This document shows positions 8,541-19,485 of a DNA stretch of 64,000 nucleotides, piece by piece (position 1 is the stretch's first letter; every line of letters starts with the position of its first letter). The DNA comes from a virus. A program made the translations under genes and the position numbers. The notes below the pieces were generated by a model. The model made no database searches. It worked only from the letters and a program-made list of their open reading frames with translations, and was not told where the DNA came from. The stretch is taken from UHGV virus genome UHGV-0149956; one strand, 5' to 3'.

Positions 8541-11500
8541 TCAACTCTCGCGTAGTCATTCATCAACGGATCATCAATTGACAGTGGTACCGTGCGCATA
8601 ACGCCCGGCTGAGGCGTGCTGACCTTTACGACAGTTCCCTGGCCTTTCGCCGAGTCTTTGGTGTGCTCTTCAATCCTGGCAAGCAATGAGGTCATCTGCG
8701 CAAACAGCCGCTTCGTTTCACCATCAAGTGAAACGGTATTATCAGCCAACTGCATTGTCGGCTTGGCACCGGAACCGCCAAGGTCACTAATAACCTGCCC
8801 GTCTATCTGCATACGACCGGTTGGTTGCTGCAAATCGTTGGCGGCAGTCGTCACCTGGGACGTGGAGGCTGGTTCAGGCGCATTATTTTTCCGCATCCCC
8901 GGCGAGTTGCGGAGTTTATCGAATAGTCCATCAATCCCCATTTGTGCGCCGAGATGGTCAAAGTAACTTGAGTTGTTGGCCACCGGACGCGCCTCTTCAA
9001 CTGGCATCGGAGTATCAACATACACATTGCCAGCTGCTGTTGCGGTCCCCTTCTCTCGTGCACGTTCTTCTAGCGTTCCCTGAACGACTTCCCGACGCAT
9101 CCCCCGGCCATTCATGAATTTGTTGACCAGATCGTTAACGCCAACAGCATTGCCGATTTTGTCGACCAGACCGCCTTTCTCAAACGGGCTATCACCAGGG
9201 GTAAACGCCAGGCCAGTATACTGATCGATAACAGCGTTATCAGGCAGTGGTCCCCTCACTCCATATTGCGCCCCACCCTGTGCTCCTGCTCCAGGTGTAT
9301 AGATTTCACCACCTAAATAGCGAGCACGATGAGTATTGACCTTGATCGCGTACTCACGGTTTTCTTTCGATAAGTCACCGGTGCCTTTTTTCCACTTATT
9401 AATAGTGCCAAACCCAGCATTATATGCAGTGATGGCCTCGTTTAAGTCTCCATTGGCTTGCTTAAGATACTTGCTCATGAGAAGAGCCGCAGCTTCTGCC
9501 GATTTCACAGGATCAAACGATTCACCTTCAGCTAAGCCAGTCTCTTCACGAGCAATCCCCGTGAACTGAAACATCCCCAGAGCACCGGTTTGGGATTTTG
9601 CATACGGATTACCACCAGATTCAGTTGCAGCAATCGCGTAAAGAGTGCCTTCTGGAAGACCGTATTTATTCTCTAGTTCGGCAAAATACGGAGCCAACTT
9701 ATCGAGATTTGCCTTACCTTCAGCGCCAAGACTTCCGACTTTTACATCTAAGTTGCCATTGTTGTAAGTATCCGCAGCTTTCTGAATGTCATTCCTGGTG
9801 CCAGTGGTATTAAGCGACGATGATGACGAGCTATTTTGACCAATAGCTTTATCAATTTTCTGCAACGCGCTATTGCCCGTTTCTACGGCATTTGCATTGA
9901 TAATCTGATTGGCAGTTTGTTTAACTGTTTTATTGCTATCTTTCGCTGTGTCCAGTGCCGCATTTATCACGCGGGTAGCAATATTACTCTGTTTGGCATC
10001 GGATTCAGTTTTAGAATCAGACGTCTCCTGGTGGCTATTAACCGGAGCTTTTAACTCCGGAGTGATTTCTTTCGCATTAGCCTCGCCGATCGGATTGGGT
10101 ATTTTTGATACAATCATTGCCGCAGGGGTATTTTTAACGGCATCAACCGCTGCATCTAATGCTTTACCAGGTAAATTTTTAACCCCATCCCAAATATTAC
10201 CAGCCGCCTCTTTAATGTGTTTCCCTGGGTTCTTAATGAAATCAATTGCACTATCAATTGCATCACTGAAAACCTGTTTCAGGTTATCAACAGTAAAGAA
10301 GTCTTTGATGGCATCCAGCTTTTCAAGCAGCTTATTAGATGTATCGCTAAACCATGCTGAAACAGCATCACCAATCTTTGCTGTGTAATCTTCGAACTTG
10401 GTAGAAATGGTGTCGCCAAGGTTAGAAATATATGTTTCTAAGTTGGTAATCCCACTATCAATGGCCTGGGCAATACTTTCCGTCGAAAATGATTGCAACA
10501 TATTGCCGATATCCTCAAATCCAAGTGATTTGAGAACCTCACCAATGGCGCTGCTAATACCAGATACCAGTCCCCCCATATCAAGAACATTGGCTAACGT
10601 ATAAGCGGCTTTTTGCTGGAATGATGGCTCTTGTCCTGATTTAAGCCCAAACGCTCGACGTTGCGCTTCTGTATCATTCCAACCGGTTACCGCATCATAA
10701 ATACCTCCAGCCACTGTGCCGACTAAGGGAATTGCGCGTAACGCCCCTTTACCAACTGCCTTTAATCCAAATTTACCTGCTGCCCGGGCAGCCAAATCTC
10801 CACCTTCATGGGCGATAGTCTTCTTGCCACCACCGCGTAGCATTCCTACAAGTTTCTTTGCCCCCAGAGCGCCAAAAGCGAGTGCTCCAGCTTTTTTCAG
10901 CATGCCACGCCCCATTAACAACGACGCGACGCCACCGGCCCCCTTCCCTAACAGGCTAAATAGTTTGGACAGCAAGCCGCCCTTCTTTTTCCCGGTGTTT
11001 TTGGCTATCTGATCAAGGGCGCTGAGAATCTTGTCATTGCCCTCTTTAATTTCGCTGGTCTGCTCCTGAAGTTCCTGAACCGTCCGTTTTTGGGTGTTAA
11101 CCTGAACGACATCGGCACTATTTTGCGATTTACGCCTAAAAAAACCTTTTCTACGGCTGTTATCGTCATTGCCACGAATCACATCGGCAATAGACTTTCT
11201 GGCGCCATTAAGCGATCCACCAACTTCTTTTGATATCCCGCCAAGCTCCTTCCCTGCTGCCCACAATGGACCAGCAACGGCATAACCTAACGCATCGACG
11301 GCACGAGTCTCTGAAGGGTTACCTATGCCTTCAGCTACTTTTGACAGTTTTTTTAATAAACCTGATTCAGCATTTAGACGCTCATCATCCTCTTTGCGCC
11401 TGGCCTTTTCAGCACGTTCAGCACGGGCATCTTCCGCTGCGGCCTTACTCCCTGACTTTCCAATAAAACGACCACGCGCATCGCGTTGGTTTTGGCTTTT

Positions 11501-11929
11501 TTGCGCACCGCCTTTTTGATCGAACATTTCGCGAGCGTGTTCGGCTGCTTCGGTCCGTTGTGCCTTTATATCCTCTGATATAGCCTTCCTGCGTCTTTTT
11601 TTACCCTTTGGTGTAGTTGATTTGGCCTGCTGTTCCTGTTGAGCAATGCCCTCCTGAACTACACGAGAAACGTCCCCTAAATTAAGCCGTTTCATTGCGT
11701 CAACAATAGGGTCTACTGATGGCGCATTGGCCACAAAGTCTGGCCGGGAATTTTCGATTGTTCGATTTAATGCCGACACACTGCGAGAGACAGGATCAAC
11801 AGTTGCAACTCGTTCCCCTTTCAAATCTTCAACAGCTTCCCGAATACCTGCAAGCTCTTCCAGCTCTTTCGCGCTGGCGGTTTCAACTGTCCTTATAACA
11901 TCGTCAATATTGGCGTTTTTTCTTTCCAT
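8537..11929 (-). CDS. sit: Injection/tape-measure-like protein with soluble lytic transglycosylase domain (Sit-like)
   Basis: 1130 aa; SLT motif AIAATESGGNPYAKSQTGALGMFQF; Lys/Ala/Gly-rich low-complexity regions. Confidence 0.7.
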   Translation of the reverse strand: MERKNANIDDVIRTVETASAKELEELAGIREAVEDLKGERVATVDPVSRSVSALNRTIENSRPDFVANAPSVDPIVDAMKRLNLGDVSRVVQEGIAQQEQQAKSTTPKGKKRRRKAISEDIKAQRTEAAEHAREMFDQKGGAQKSQNQRDARGRFIGKSGSKAAAEDARAERAEKARRKEDDERLNAESGLLKKLSKVAEGIGNPSETRAVDALGYAVAGPLWAAGKELGGISKEVGGSLNGARKSIADVIRGNDDNSRRKGFFRRKSQNSADVVQVNTQKRTVQELQEQTSEIKEGNDKILSALDQIAKNTGKKKGGLLSKLFSLLGKGAGGVASLLMGRGMLKKAGALAFGALGAKKLVGMLRGGGKKTIAHEGGDLAARAAGKFGLKAVGKGALRAIPLVGTVAGGIYDAVTGWNDTEAQRRAFGLKSGQEPSFQQKAAYTLANVLDMGGLVSGISSAIGEVLKSLGFEDIGNMLQSFSTESIAQAIDSGITNLETYISNLGDTISTKFEDYTAKIGDAVSAWFSDTSNKLLEKLDAIKDFFTVDNLKQVFSDAIDSAIDFIKNPGKHIKEAAGNIWDGVKNLPGKALDAAVDAVKNTPAAMIVSKIPNPIGEANAKEITPELKAPVNSHQETSDSKTESDAKQSNIATRVINAALDTAKDSNKTVKQTANQIINANAVETGNSALQKIDKAIGQNSSSSSSLNTTGTRNDIQKAADTYNNGNLDVKVGSLGAEGKANLDKLAPYFAELENKYGLPEGTLYAIAATESGGNPYAKSQTGALGMFQFTGIAREETGLAEGESFDPVKSAEAAALLMSKYLKQANGDLNEAITAYNAGFGTINKWKKGTGDLSKENREYAIKVNTHRARYLGGEIYTPGAGAQGGAQYGVRGPLPDNAVIDQYTGLAFTPGDSPFEKGGLVDKIGNAVGVNDLVNKFMNGRGMRREVVQGTLEERAREKGTATAAGNVYVDTPMPVEEARPVANNSSYFDHLGAQMGIDGLFDKLRNSPGMRKNNAPEPASTSQVTTAANDLQQPTGRMQIDGQVISDLGGSGAKPTMQLADNTVSLDGETKRLFAQMTSLLARIEEHTKDSAKGQGTVVKVSTPQPGVMRTVPLSIDDPLMNDYARVD

Positions 11930-12010
11930 GATCTTATCGCCTACCGTTTCGGTTTAAGTTTTTCTTCCAGTTTCTCCAACAGGAAAAACGCATAGGATTC
12001 AGTAAGCCTT

Positions 12011-12892
12011 TCAGCGTCCTGAATCGGTATACCCCCATACAAAACCAGGTTGGACACTAAGGTCTGATAGCTTTTCAATCCCCACCTGTGGAATGAAGTC
12101 GGTAGCCCGAAAGGGCACCCACAGACGGGTATACGCACCCTCTGTGGACTCCTTTGTATCCTGGTTTGGGCATTTGTGCGGCGGGAGACGAAGACGCATT
12201 TCGCCTTTATCGATGTAGCACGGTAAACCATGTTCGAGCTTTTCATGAGCCAGCCGGATGTGTGCCGCCAGCTTCATAAATTCAGTATCAATGGCCATCC
12301 GTTTGATCGTTTCATAACGACGCTCAGCCTGCTCTTCACGAGTACCGCTAACATCGTTATAAAGTTCACACTGATAAGCGAATTCCCAAAAACGCAAATC
12401 AACGATCGCTTCTTTGAATTCCGCGTCGTCTTCAGGTGGCAATGCTGCTCGGCGCATCTCCAGCATTTCCATTGCCCAACCATCAAGCGGCACGATACGC
12501 CATTGATAAGGCACGCCCTCTACAGACACCTCAATATCGTCAATGAACGGTTCCACTTCCAGGACCTGGATATCTTCAGCCAGAGCATTCATATCGCAAT
12601 CGTAATAATGCTCTTTACCGCAATGTTTACAGGTGTAGGTAAATGTCTCGATCGGTGTTTCGCGGGAGCCAGTAAATATCCACCATAACGCGGTAATCCG
12701 GTCCTGTGCCGTCCATTTCAGTGGATCATGTTTCGCAGCTTCAGCCAGCAAGGCTTTTAAATACGCTGTTGTCTGCTGTTCTTGTTCCTCCGGTGTTATC
12801 GAGTTGAAACGCATCGCATCAGCAATATTTGGCTGACGGAACTGGATTAATTCAGTTGGCCGCGATGGTAGCGGGAAAAGGGGTAAAAGCAT
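12011..12892 (-). CDS. Hypothetical virion/morphogenesis protein
   Basis: 293-aa ORF in same operon upstream of sit. Confidence 0.35.
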   Translation of the reverse strand: MLLPLFPLPSRPTELIQFRQPNIADAMRFNSITPEEQEQQTTAYLKALLAEAAKHDPLKWTAQDRITALWWIFTGSRETPIETFTYTCKHCGKEHYYDCDMNALAEDIQVLEVEPFIDDIEVSVEGVPYQWRIVPLDGWAMEMLEMRRAALPPEDDAEFKEAIVDLRFWEFAYQCELYNDVSGTREEQAERRYETIKRMAIDTEFMKLAAHIRLAHEKLEHGLPCYIDKGEMRLRLPPHKCPNQDTKESTEGAYTRLWVPFRATDFIPQVGIEKLSDLSVQPGFVWGYTDSGR

Positions 12893-12906
12893 CCTTGCTC
12901 CTTAAT

Positions 12907-13518
12907 TTAAAGCGAAAAACTAAAGCCCAGAAGGGAAGCTAAAGAACTTGAGGATTGGTTAAACGTGCTGTGCAACGCGAAGGTCATTGGGAATGACTTA
13001 AATTCCGTAACCTGATCCCGCGCATAGGTGACATCGCCGGTAGTGACCGGGAATACCGTCATCTCATTTTCCAGTTTGGTTAAACCGGAGGACAGCAACC
13101 GATAAATACGCACATTGAGCAAATATTTAGACGGTATATTCCCGGTACCGTCCGGATTGATCACCCGACTTTTTGCCGTCTTAAACCAGTCCAAAACGAG
13201 GCCATCAACGGTATCCCTGACCATCATTGTTATCTGCCCAGGCGAACGCTCCGTTGGCTGAAGGATATTCCCTCCGCCGATTTTAATCGTTTCATATTCG
13301 ATGCTGTAATCGTGGTAGGTAATGTCTTTAGCAAAGAAGTCTGCCCCCTCCAGACCATCAACTTCGACAGAGAACTGCCATCCTTGCGCGAACAGCATTT
13401 TGTTCATGATGATTGACGTCAGCTTGCCAACTTCCCGCTCACCAACGCCGGAGCCAAATAATGTCGTCGTTAATGCCGAAGATACATAAGACTTTACTGA
13501 AGCAACATTAAGCCCCAT
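12907..13518 (-). CDS. Hypothetical protein
   Basis: 203-aa ORF, tight operon spacing. Confidence 0.35.
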   Translation of the reverse strand: MGLNVASVKSYVSSALTTTLFGSGVGEREVGKLTSIIMNKMLFAQGWQFSVEVDGLEGADFFAKDITYHDYSIEYETIKIGGGNILQPTERSPGQITMMVRDTVDGLVLDWFKTAKSRVINPDGTGNIPSKYLLNVRIYRLLSSGLTKLENEMTVFPVTTGDVTYARDQVTEFKSFPMTFALHSTFNQSSSSLASLLGFSFSL

Positions 13519-13528
13519 ATCAGCCCCC

Positions 13529-14119
<591 letters not shown>

Positions 14120-14153
14120 TTAACCGATTCTACGAGTAGTCATTTGTGACAGG

Positions 14154-14630
14154 TCATTTTGCGCGCTTCAGGCAGCCATCTTCAGGTGCCGCGTTGAAAA
14201 GCTCTGCGGCCTTACGTAGCGTAAATGTTGCGATTTTTTTTCCGTCTACGTATGCATCGAATGTTTTTACTTCCATATCAGGGGTATCTGACCAAAAACC
14301 ATACCAGTAACTATCACCCACAGAGGAACCGATAGAACTTATAGGATATTCATCATCACCAACTTTCAGCGTTATTTGTTCTTTTTTAGCATCAAATGAC
14401 TCACCGCCAGGTTCTGTTTTCATGAGAGTGAGTAGTCGTGTTCCTACTTGATTGGGATCCGTATTATTAAATCCAACATCGCACTCAAATGTAAGCGTAT
14501 AATTATCTTTGCTGGAAACAGCATAAGAACGAACACCATGAGTCTCGCCGGTTGACCATTTGCTTACATTTGCCATTGATGAAAATGGAGTAAGCAAAGC
14601 AAGAATTAGAAAAAATCGTTTGATGCGCAT
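14154..14630 (-). CDS. Secreted/periplasmic protein with signal peptide
   Basis: N-terminus MRIKRFFLILALLTPFSSMA is a classic Sec signal peptide. Confidence 0.5.
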   Translation of the reverse strand: MRIKRFFLILALLTPFSSMANVSKWSTGETHGVRSYAVSSKDNYTLTFECDVGFNNTDPNQVGTRLLTLMKTEPGGESFDAKKEQITLKVGDDEYPISSIGSSVGDSYWYGFWSDTPDMEVKTFDAYVDGKKIATFTLRKAAELFNAAPEDGCLKRAK

Positions 14631-14691
14631 TAATTTATCTCCTTTGGATATTAACGATTATCAATATTTTAATTGGTTATCCATAATATAT

Positions 14692-15366
14692 TTACCATTC
14701 ATATGGTAAATTAAGCGCTTTTAAACCTTGCTGAAAGGTATTAAGTGAGCCGTTCTTTTGTTGTTCCATTTGTTCGCGTGCCGCTTTCTCATACTGCTCC
14801 ATCCGTTGGTTATACTCTTGCAATTCCTCTGGTGAGAGGTTTCCCATTGGGGAGTTTGTACCCGGCCCCCTGGCCCGCTCTTCAAGCGTACCCTGCACGT
14901 TTTGATGGCGCATTCCAGGGGCATTTCTGATTGAGTCAATGCCATTTCTTCCAACGTCTTCTTTATTAACGGCATTGCTCGCCACCAGCACACCCCAGCT
15001 AGGAATAGCAAAATCAGGAGCGGTTTCGCATGCCTTTACCATATAATCGAAAGAGCTTCGATTGATCTCGTTTGCGTCGGGATTTAACAGGCGAGAATAT
15101 TGATATTTAGCATTTTCGTTGGTTGCGACTTTATACAGTTCTTGCTGCACCATCGCTTCAGAAAGTTTAAGGCGTTTCATATCTGACAGTAACTTCTTGC
15201 GCATGGATTCGTCTTGACTGACAGCAAAGCCGTAAACGTGCCCAAGGTATTTCGTATAATCGGTACAAATCTCCTTTACGCTTGATGCTGCATTAACAGT
15301 CCCAGCCATAAATAATAACGGTAGTAATAGTTTTCTCATTATAACCTCACCTGCCTTATAACTCAT
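14692..15366 (-). CDS. Secreted protein, candidate superinfection-exclusion (Sim-like); shares a motif with Sit
   Basis: Signal peptide MRKLLLPLLFMAGTVNA (true start probably 15339); GMRHQNVQGTLEERA matches GMRREVVQGTLEERA in the Sit-like protein. Confidence 0.4.
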   Translation of the reverse strand: MSYKAGEVIMRKLLLPLLFMAGTVNAASSVKEICTDYTKYLGHVYGFAVSQDESMRKKLLSDMKRLKLSEAMVQQELYKVATNENAKYQYSRLLNPDANEINRSSFDYMVKACETAPDFAIPSWGVLVASNAVNKEDVGRNGIDSIRNAPGMRHQNVQGTLEERARGPGTNSPMGNLSPEELQEYNQRMEQYEKAAREQMEQQKNGSLNTFQQGLKALNLPYEW

Positions 15367-15435
15367 TTAGGGTACATATTTTCGCCTTTAAAAAAAAGAG
15401 GTTATTAGATCCAATTGTGTATTTATTAAGCACAC

Positions 15436-15452
15436 AATGCTCTAATAAATTT
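15436..15452 (+). promoter_or_regulatory. C1-repressor-type operator 17-mer
   Basis: AATGCTCTAATAAATTT versus recalled P1 consensus ATTGCTCTAATAAATTT. Confidence 0.65.
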
Positions 15453-15559
15453 GTATTTTTAAGTCGCGAATGCTATCTTTTCGCATCATATTGACCTTTT
15501 AATCGTTCAGGCTTATAGTTCCGCCGTCGTAGCAAATTCTGCGACCGGGTTTAGCAGCC

Positions 15560-15650
15560 TGAATGTTAGTGCGGACAACCGCAGATATCCGATATTGCGG
15601 TATTTTTGTGTCCGTAAAACCGCGTTACGCCCAAATTATGGTGGGGCGTG
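15560..15650 (+). ncRNA. Candidate c4-like antisense regulatory RNA region
   Basis: Structured segment (inverted repeats CGGACAA...TTGTGTCCG and CCGCAGATAT...ATATTGCGG) between the operator and icd, the expected place for c4 in an immI region; boundaries approximate. Confidence 0.3.
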
Positions 15651-15766
15651 ATGGGGAGGCTTCGGCCTGCTGGTTTCACTAACGCCAGTCTGCTAACCCC
15701 GTCACGTCCTGCCACCTGTTTAGCAGCGGGTAGCAGGTTGTTAAACCTGTTAGTGAGGCCGTAACT

Positions 15767-15988
15767 ATGGTTAATGCCAATCCTTGCGCACGCCAAGAAT
15801 TCATCTGGCGTTTCTATTCCTGTAAAAAACACCACTATCACTTCGTTATCGCAGCAACAGAAGACGAAGCACGCTCTCAATTGCCTGATGGCCCCTGCAT
15901 TTTTACTGCCCGTTTTTCAACTAACTCGCGCAATTCACTTAGTTACTGGAGCCTCCCCTTCTCTGCCGACGTTCAGGGGGGTTTATGA
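15767..15988 (+). CDS. icd: Icd-like small protein
   Basis: 73-aa ORF whose stop overlaps the ant start (ATGA). Confidence 0.5.
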   Translation: MVNANPCARQEFIWRFYSCKKHHYHFVIAATEDEARSQLPDGPCIFTARFSTNSRNSLSYWSLPFSADVQGGL

Positions 15989-17019
15989 AAACACCTCTCG
16001 TCACCCGTAATGAAATAGCCGAAGCGATCGCCTTGCATACAATCTGTATGCCGACACGGGAGATCCCCGGCGCAATTGCCAACTATTTCATGATAACCAG
16101 GCGTTTTTATACCCGAACAGATAAGGCTGTGATCAACAGGCTACTGATAGCCGAGATCAGGGATTATTTGATTGAACAAGGACGTCTACGTTACGCAACA
16201 GTGGCAGCAGAAATGAGAAAGGAGGCACATAGAATGACCGGTAATAATTTAAATGTTGAAAAACCAGCACCTGTTGCTTCAGCTACGCCAGCACCAGCCC
16301 TGAATGTCATCCCCAACACCGGAGACACAATCGACAGCCAAACATTGTTGAAGATGGTCAATGAGGCACGGAAATTATGTAGCGAAAAACCAGTTCGCAA
16401 CAATGATTTCATTGCCAGAGTTAAGGATGAGCTTGAAGGAGAAACCTACGAAATTTTCGTAGGTCAAAAAAACGGCGCAGAAATAGATATTATAACCATG
16501 ACCTACAAACAAGCCCTGCGAGTTGCCGCGCGCGAGTCAAAAGCGGTCCGCCGTTCGCTGATCGACAAACTGGAAGAATTACAGCAGGCAAACTCCCCTA
16601 CCCCATCGATCCCCCAAACATTACCAGAAGCCCTACGCCTGGCTGCCGAGTTGGCAGAACAGAAAATGCATCTGGAACAACAGCTGGTGGCCGCAGCACC
16701 TAAAGTCGATTTTGCCGACCGGGTATCAGTGGCTAATGGAATCCTGATCGGTAACTTTGCAAAGGTCGTTGGACTTAAGCAAAACGCCCTTTTCTCATGG
16801 TTGCGCCAGAACGGCATTCTCATGGCTTTTGGTGCGCGCAAAAACGTACCGCGCCAGCAGTACATTAACGCCGGGTATTTCACGGTGAAAGAAGTGGTGC
16901 TGGATGATGAAAATGGCTATCAGATACGGCTGACGCCACAATTAACGGGTAAAGGCCAGCAGTGGTTAACTCGCAAGCTACTTGATGCTGGTTTGTTAAA
17001 ACCAGTAGCAATAGGTTAA
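15985..17019 (+). CDS. ant1: Antirepressor (Ant-like, KilAC-type C-terminal domain)
   Basis: 344 aa; C-terminal block LPEALRLAAELAEQK...GKGQQWL shared with KilA; SD AGGGGGG before ATG. Confidence 0.6.
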   Translation: MKTPLVTRNEIAEAIALHTICMPTREIPGAIANYFMITRRFYTRTDKAVINRLLIAEIRDYLIEQGRLRYATVAAEMRKEAHRMTGNNLNVEKPAPVASATPAPALNVIPNTGDTIDSQTLLKMVNEARKLCSEKPVRNNDFIARVKDELEGETYEIFVGQKNGAEIDIITMTYKQALRVAARESKAVRRSLIDKLEELQQANSPTPSIPQTLPEALRLAAELAEQKMHLEQQLVAAAPKVDFADRVSVANGILIGNFAKVVGLKQNALFSWLRQNGILMAFGARKNVPRQQYINAGYFTVKEVVLDDENGYQIRLTPQLTGKGQQWLTRKLLDAGLLKPVAIG

Positions 17020-17097
17020 CAAAAGAAAAAAACCTGCCAGCAAACTGGCAGGTTTCTGAGCAGATCGTCCAACCCGATCTGGATCGAGTCAGAAAAA

Positions 17098-17114
17098 TTT
17101 GCTCTAATAAATTT
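17098..17114 (+). promoter_or_regulatory. C1-repressor-type operator 17-mer upstream of kilA-repL
   Basis: TTTGCTCTAATAAATTT. Confidence 0.6.
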
Positions 17115-17183
17115 CGTTTTCTAAGTGCAAAGAATCACCATTTCGAGCTGGTGATTGAAGGTTGATGCAAATTTGGAGAAAAA

Positions 17184-17984
17184 ATGCAACAAACATTCAA
17201 TGCGGATATGAATATATCAAACCTTCATCAAAATGTCGATCCTTCAACCACTCTTCCTGTTATTTGTGGTGTTGAAATTACGACCGACCGCGCTGGCCGT
17301 TACAACCTTAATGCTCTACACAGAGCGAGCGGACTCGGTGCCCATAAAGCGCCAGCTCAATGGCTAAGAACGCTGTCAGCAAAACAGCTCATCGAAGAGC
17401 TTGAAAAAGAAACTATGCAGAATTGCATAGTTTCGTTCGAAGGCCGTGGCGGCGGCACGTTTGCCCATGAATTGCTCGCTGTGGAGTACGCAGGCTGGAT
17501 TTCTCCCGCGTTTCGGCTGAAGGTAAACCAGACATTTATCGACTATCGAGCCGGAAGATTACAACCTGCTATTCCGCAGAGTCTCCCTGAAGCTCTCCGT
17601 TTGGCTGCCGACCTGGCAGAGCAAAAGCAACGGCTGGAACAAAAAATGCTTATGGATGCACCTAAAGTCGAATTCGCCGAACGCGTTGCTACCGCCAGCG
17701 GGGTTCTAATCGGCAACTATGCCAAAGTGCTCGGTCTGGGCCAAAACTATCTCTTCACCTGGTTGCGTGATAACGGAATTCTGATCGCAACCGGTGAACG
17801 CAGGAACGTCCCCAAACAAGAATACATATCCCGTGGGTATTTCACCCTTAAAGAAACCGTGATCGATACAAGCAATGGAAGCAGGATTTCTTTCACGACT
17901 CGTATAACCGGCAAAGGTCAGCAGTGGCTGATGAAGCGATTGCTTGATACTGGTGTGCTGGTACCTGTCGCGGCAACGCGCTAA
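17184..17984 (+). CDS. kilA: KilA (KilA-N domain plus Ant-like C-terminal domain)
   Basis: 266 aa; C-terminal region paralogous to the Ant-like protein; followed by repL-like gene. Confidence 0.6.
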   Translation: MQQTFNADMNISNLHQNVDPSTTLPVICGVEITTDRAGRYNLNALHRASGLGAHKAPAQWLRTLSAKQLIEELEKETMQNCIVSFEGRGGGTFAHELLAVEYAGWISPAFRLKVNQTFIDYRAGRLQPAIPQSLPEALRLAADLAEQKQRLEQKMLMDAPKVEFAERVATASGVLIGNYAKVLGLGQNYLFTWLRDNGILIATGERRNVPKQEYISRGYFTLKETVIDTSNGSRISFTTRITGKGQQWLMKRLLDTGVLVPVAATR

Positions 17985-18013
17985 CAGACGTAGTAAGAAC
18001 CACCAGCATTGTA

Positions 18014-18859
18014 ATGCTGGCTAAAGTCACTTTCCTGAGCTGTATAACGATGAGCGATTTTACTTTTTCTGGCTATGAATTGGCCTGCTTTGTAACACAC
18101 TCCGGTCTATCCCGTAGCGCCGGGCATATCCTGTCGCAATGTGCAAATCTAGCGGCAACAACCAGTGAATACTTCATTCACAAGCCTCACCGCCTGATCG
18201 CGGCAGAAACTGGTTATAGCCAATCAACCGTCGTTCGTGCATTCCGTGAAGCTGTAAACAAAGGAATTCTGTCTGTAGAGATTGTTATCGGCGATCACCG
18301 TGAACGTCGCGCTAACCTGTACCGGTTTACACCATCCTTTTTGGCCTTCGCACAACAAGCCAAAAATGCGCTGATTGAAAGCAAATTAAAGATCTCTTCA
18401 GCGGCAACCAAGGTTAAAGCTGTTCTCGCTAAGACATTGGCTTTATTTAATTTTTTATCCACACCCCCATGTCAAAATGATACCCCCTCCCCCTGTCAGG
18501 ATGACGTGGCAATAAAGAATAAGAAGTCACAAGTTAAAAAAACAAAAAGATCAGTTTCCGGCGGTGCCGGAACGACCAGACTCAAAAAATTGACTTCATG
18601 GATCGCTGAGGCAAAAGCAAAGGCTGACAATCTGCGGTTATCCAAAAAACGCGCTCAAAAACATGAGTTCAAGCAGAAAGTAGAGGCGGCAGCGCGGAAA
18701 TATGCTTACCTGAAGGACAAGCGTTCTCCTGATATTGGCGGGATATCAAACTTCGATAATCTGCCGCATTGCATGACGGTAAACGAAGCTCTTAATGCGG
18801 TTTTAGCCAAAAATAAAGATAACGAACAATGGGGTATACCGGCAGGATTCAGAGGGTGA
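18014..18859 (+). CDS. repL: Lytic replication protein (RepL-like)
   Basis: 281-aa basic protein directly downstream of kilA; operon order. Confidence 0.5.
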   Translation: MLAKVTFLSCITMSDFTFSGYELACFVTHSGLSRSAGHILSQCANLAATTSEYFIHKPHRLIAAETGYSQSTVVRAFREAVNKGILSVEIVIGDHRERRANLYRFTPSFLAFAQQAKNALIESKLKISSAATKVKAVLAKTLALFNFLSTPPCQNDTPSPCQDDVAIKNKKSQVKKTKRSVSGGAGTTRLKKLTSWIAEAKAKADNLRLSKKRAQKHEFKQKVEAAARKYAYLKDKRSPDIGGISNFDNLPHCMTVNEALNAVLAKNKDNEQWGIPAGFRG

Positions 18860-19155
18860 TAGATTGCTCTAATCTGGAGTCACCTGGCGTTTTCAGTTTG
18901 AGGTCGGAGATGCAATCTAATTTTTTACAGTTAGCGATCGCTTTTGCAGGATATGTTTGTATTGGCTTCTGTGTATACATGATCAGCCGAAAAATGCTTG
19001 TCGATATCGACCGCAAAGAACGAGCAGAGGAGATCTTAGTATGGATTTTCTTTGGCGCGGTCTGGCCATTAGGGATCATGTTTGCTGCAACATTTCTTCT
19101 GATGTGGATATTCACCCTTCCAGGTGATTTCTATAGAAAAAAAGCCAGACATTGA
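18829..19155 (+). CDS. Small membrane protein
   Basis: Two hydrophobic helices (LQLAIAFAGYVCIGFCVYMI, FGAVWPLGIMFAATFLLMWIF); true start may be internal near 18910. Confidence 0.35.
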   Translation: MGYTGRIQRVIDCSNLESPGVFSLRSEMQSNFLQLAIAFAGYVCIGFCVYMISRKMLVDIDRKERAEEILVWIFFGAVWPLGIMFAATFLLMWIFTLPGDFYRKKARH

Positions 19156-19259
19156 TACAATCGTTGCGGGTGCTTGAGGCTATCTGCTTCAGGCATTACC
19201 CGAAAAGCAGATAGAAGAAAGCCCCAGATAACATTACGCGTCCTGCAAGACGCTTAACA

Positions 19260-19335
19260 TTAATCTGAGGCCATATCTATGCTTAGCATACGTAGATTAG
19301 CCTCTTACCGACCAAAAGGTCAAGGAGAAGCAGGC
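19260..19335 (-). ncRNA. Expected sok-like antisense RNA of the hok locus (position inferred)
   Basis: Hok/Sok architecture places the antisense RNA opposite the mok leader; no promoter verified. Confidence 0.3.
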
Positions 19336-19485
19336 TATGAAGCAGCAAAAAGCGATGTTAATCGCTCTGATCGTCATCTGTTTAACCGTCATTGTGACGG
19401 CACTGGTAACGAGGAAAGACCTCTGCGAGGTACGAATCCGAACCGGCCAGACGGAGGTCACTGTCTTCACAGCCTACGAATCTGA
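19279..19485 (+). CDS. mok: Mok-like overlapping reading frame
   Basis: 68-aa ORF beginning upstream of and overlapping hok in another frame. Confidence 0.5.
   Translation: MLSIRRLASYRPKGQGEAGYEAAKSDVNRSDRHLFNRHCDGTGNEERPLRGTNPNRPDGGHCLHSLRI

Noticed and set aside
8393-11957. Numerous 60-160-aa plus-strand ORFs inside the Sit-like gene
   Set aside because: Antisense to a long, well-supported coding region; low-complexity translations typical of shadow ORFs
15380-15440. Imperfect palindrome CAATTGTGT...CACACAATG upstream of the operator, considered as a late-promoter element
   Set aside because: Could not match it confidently to any promoter consensus I can recall; not annotated
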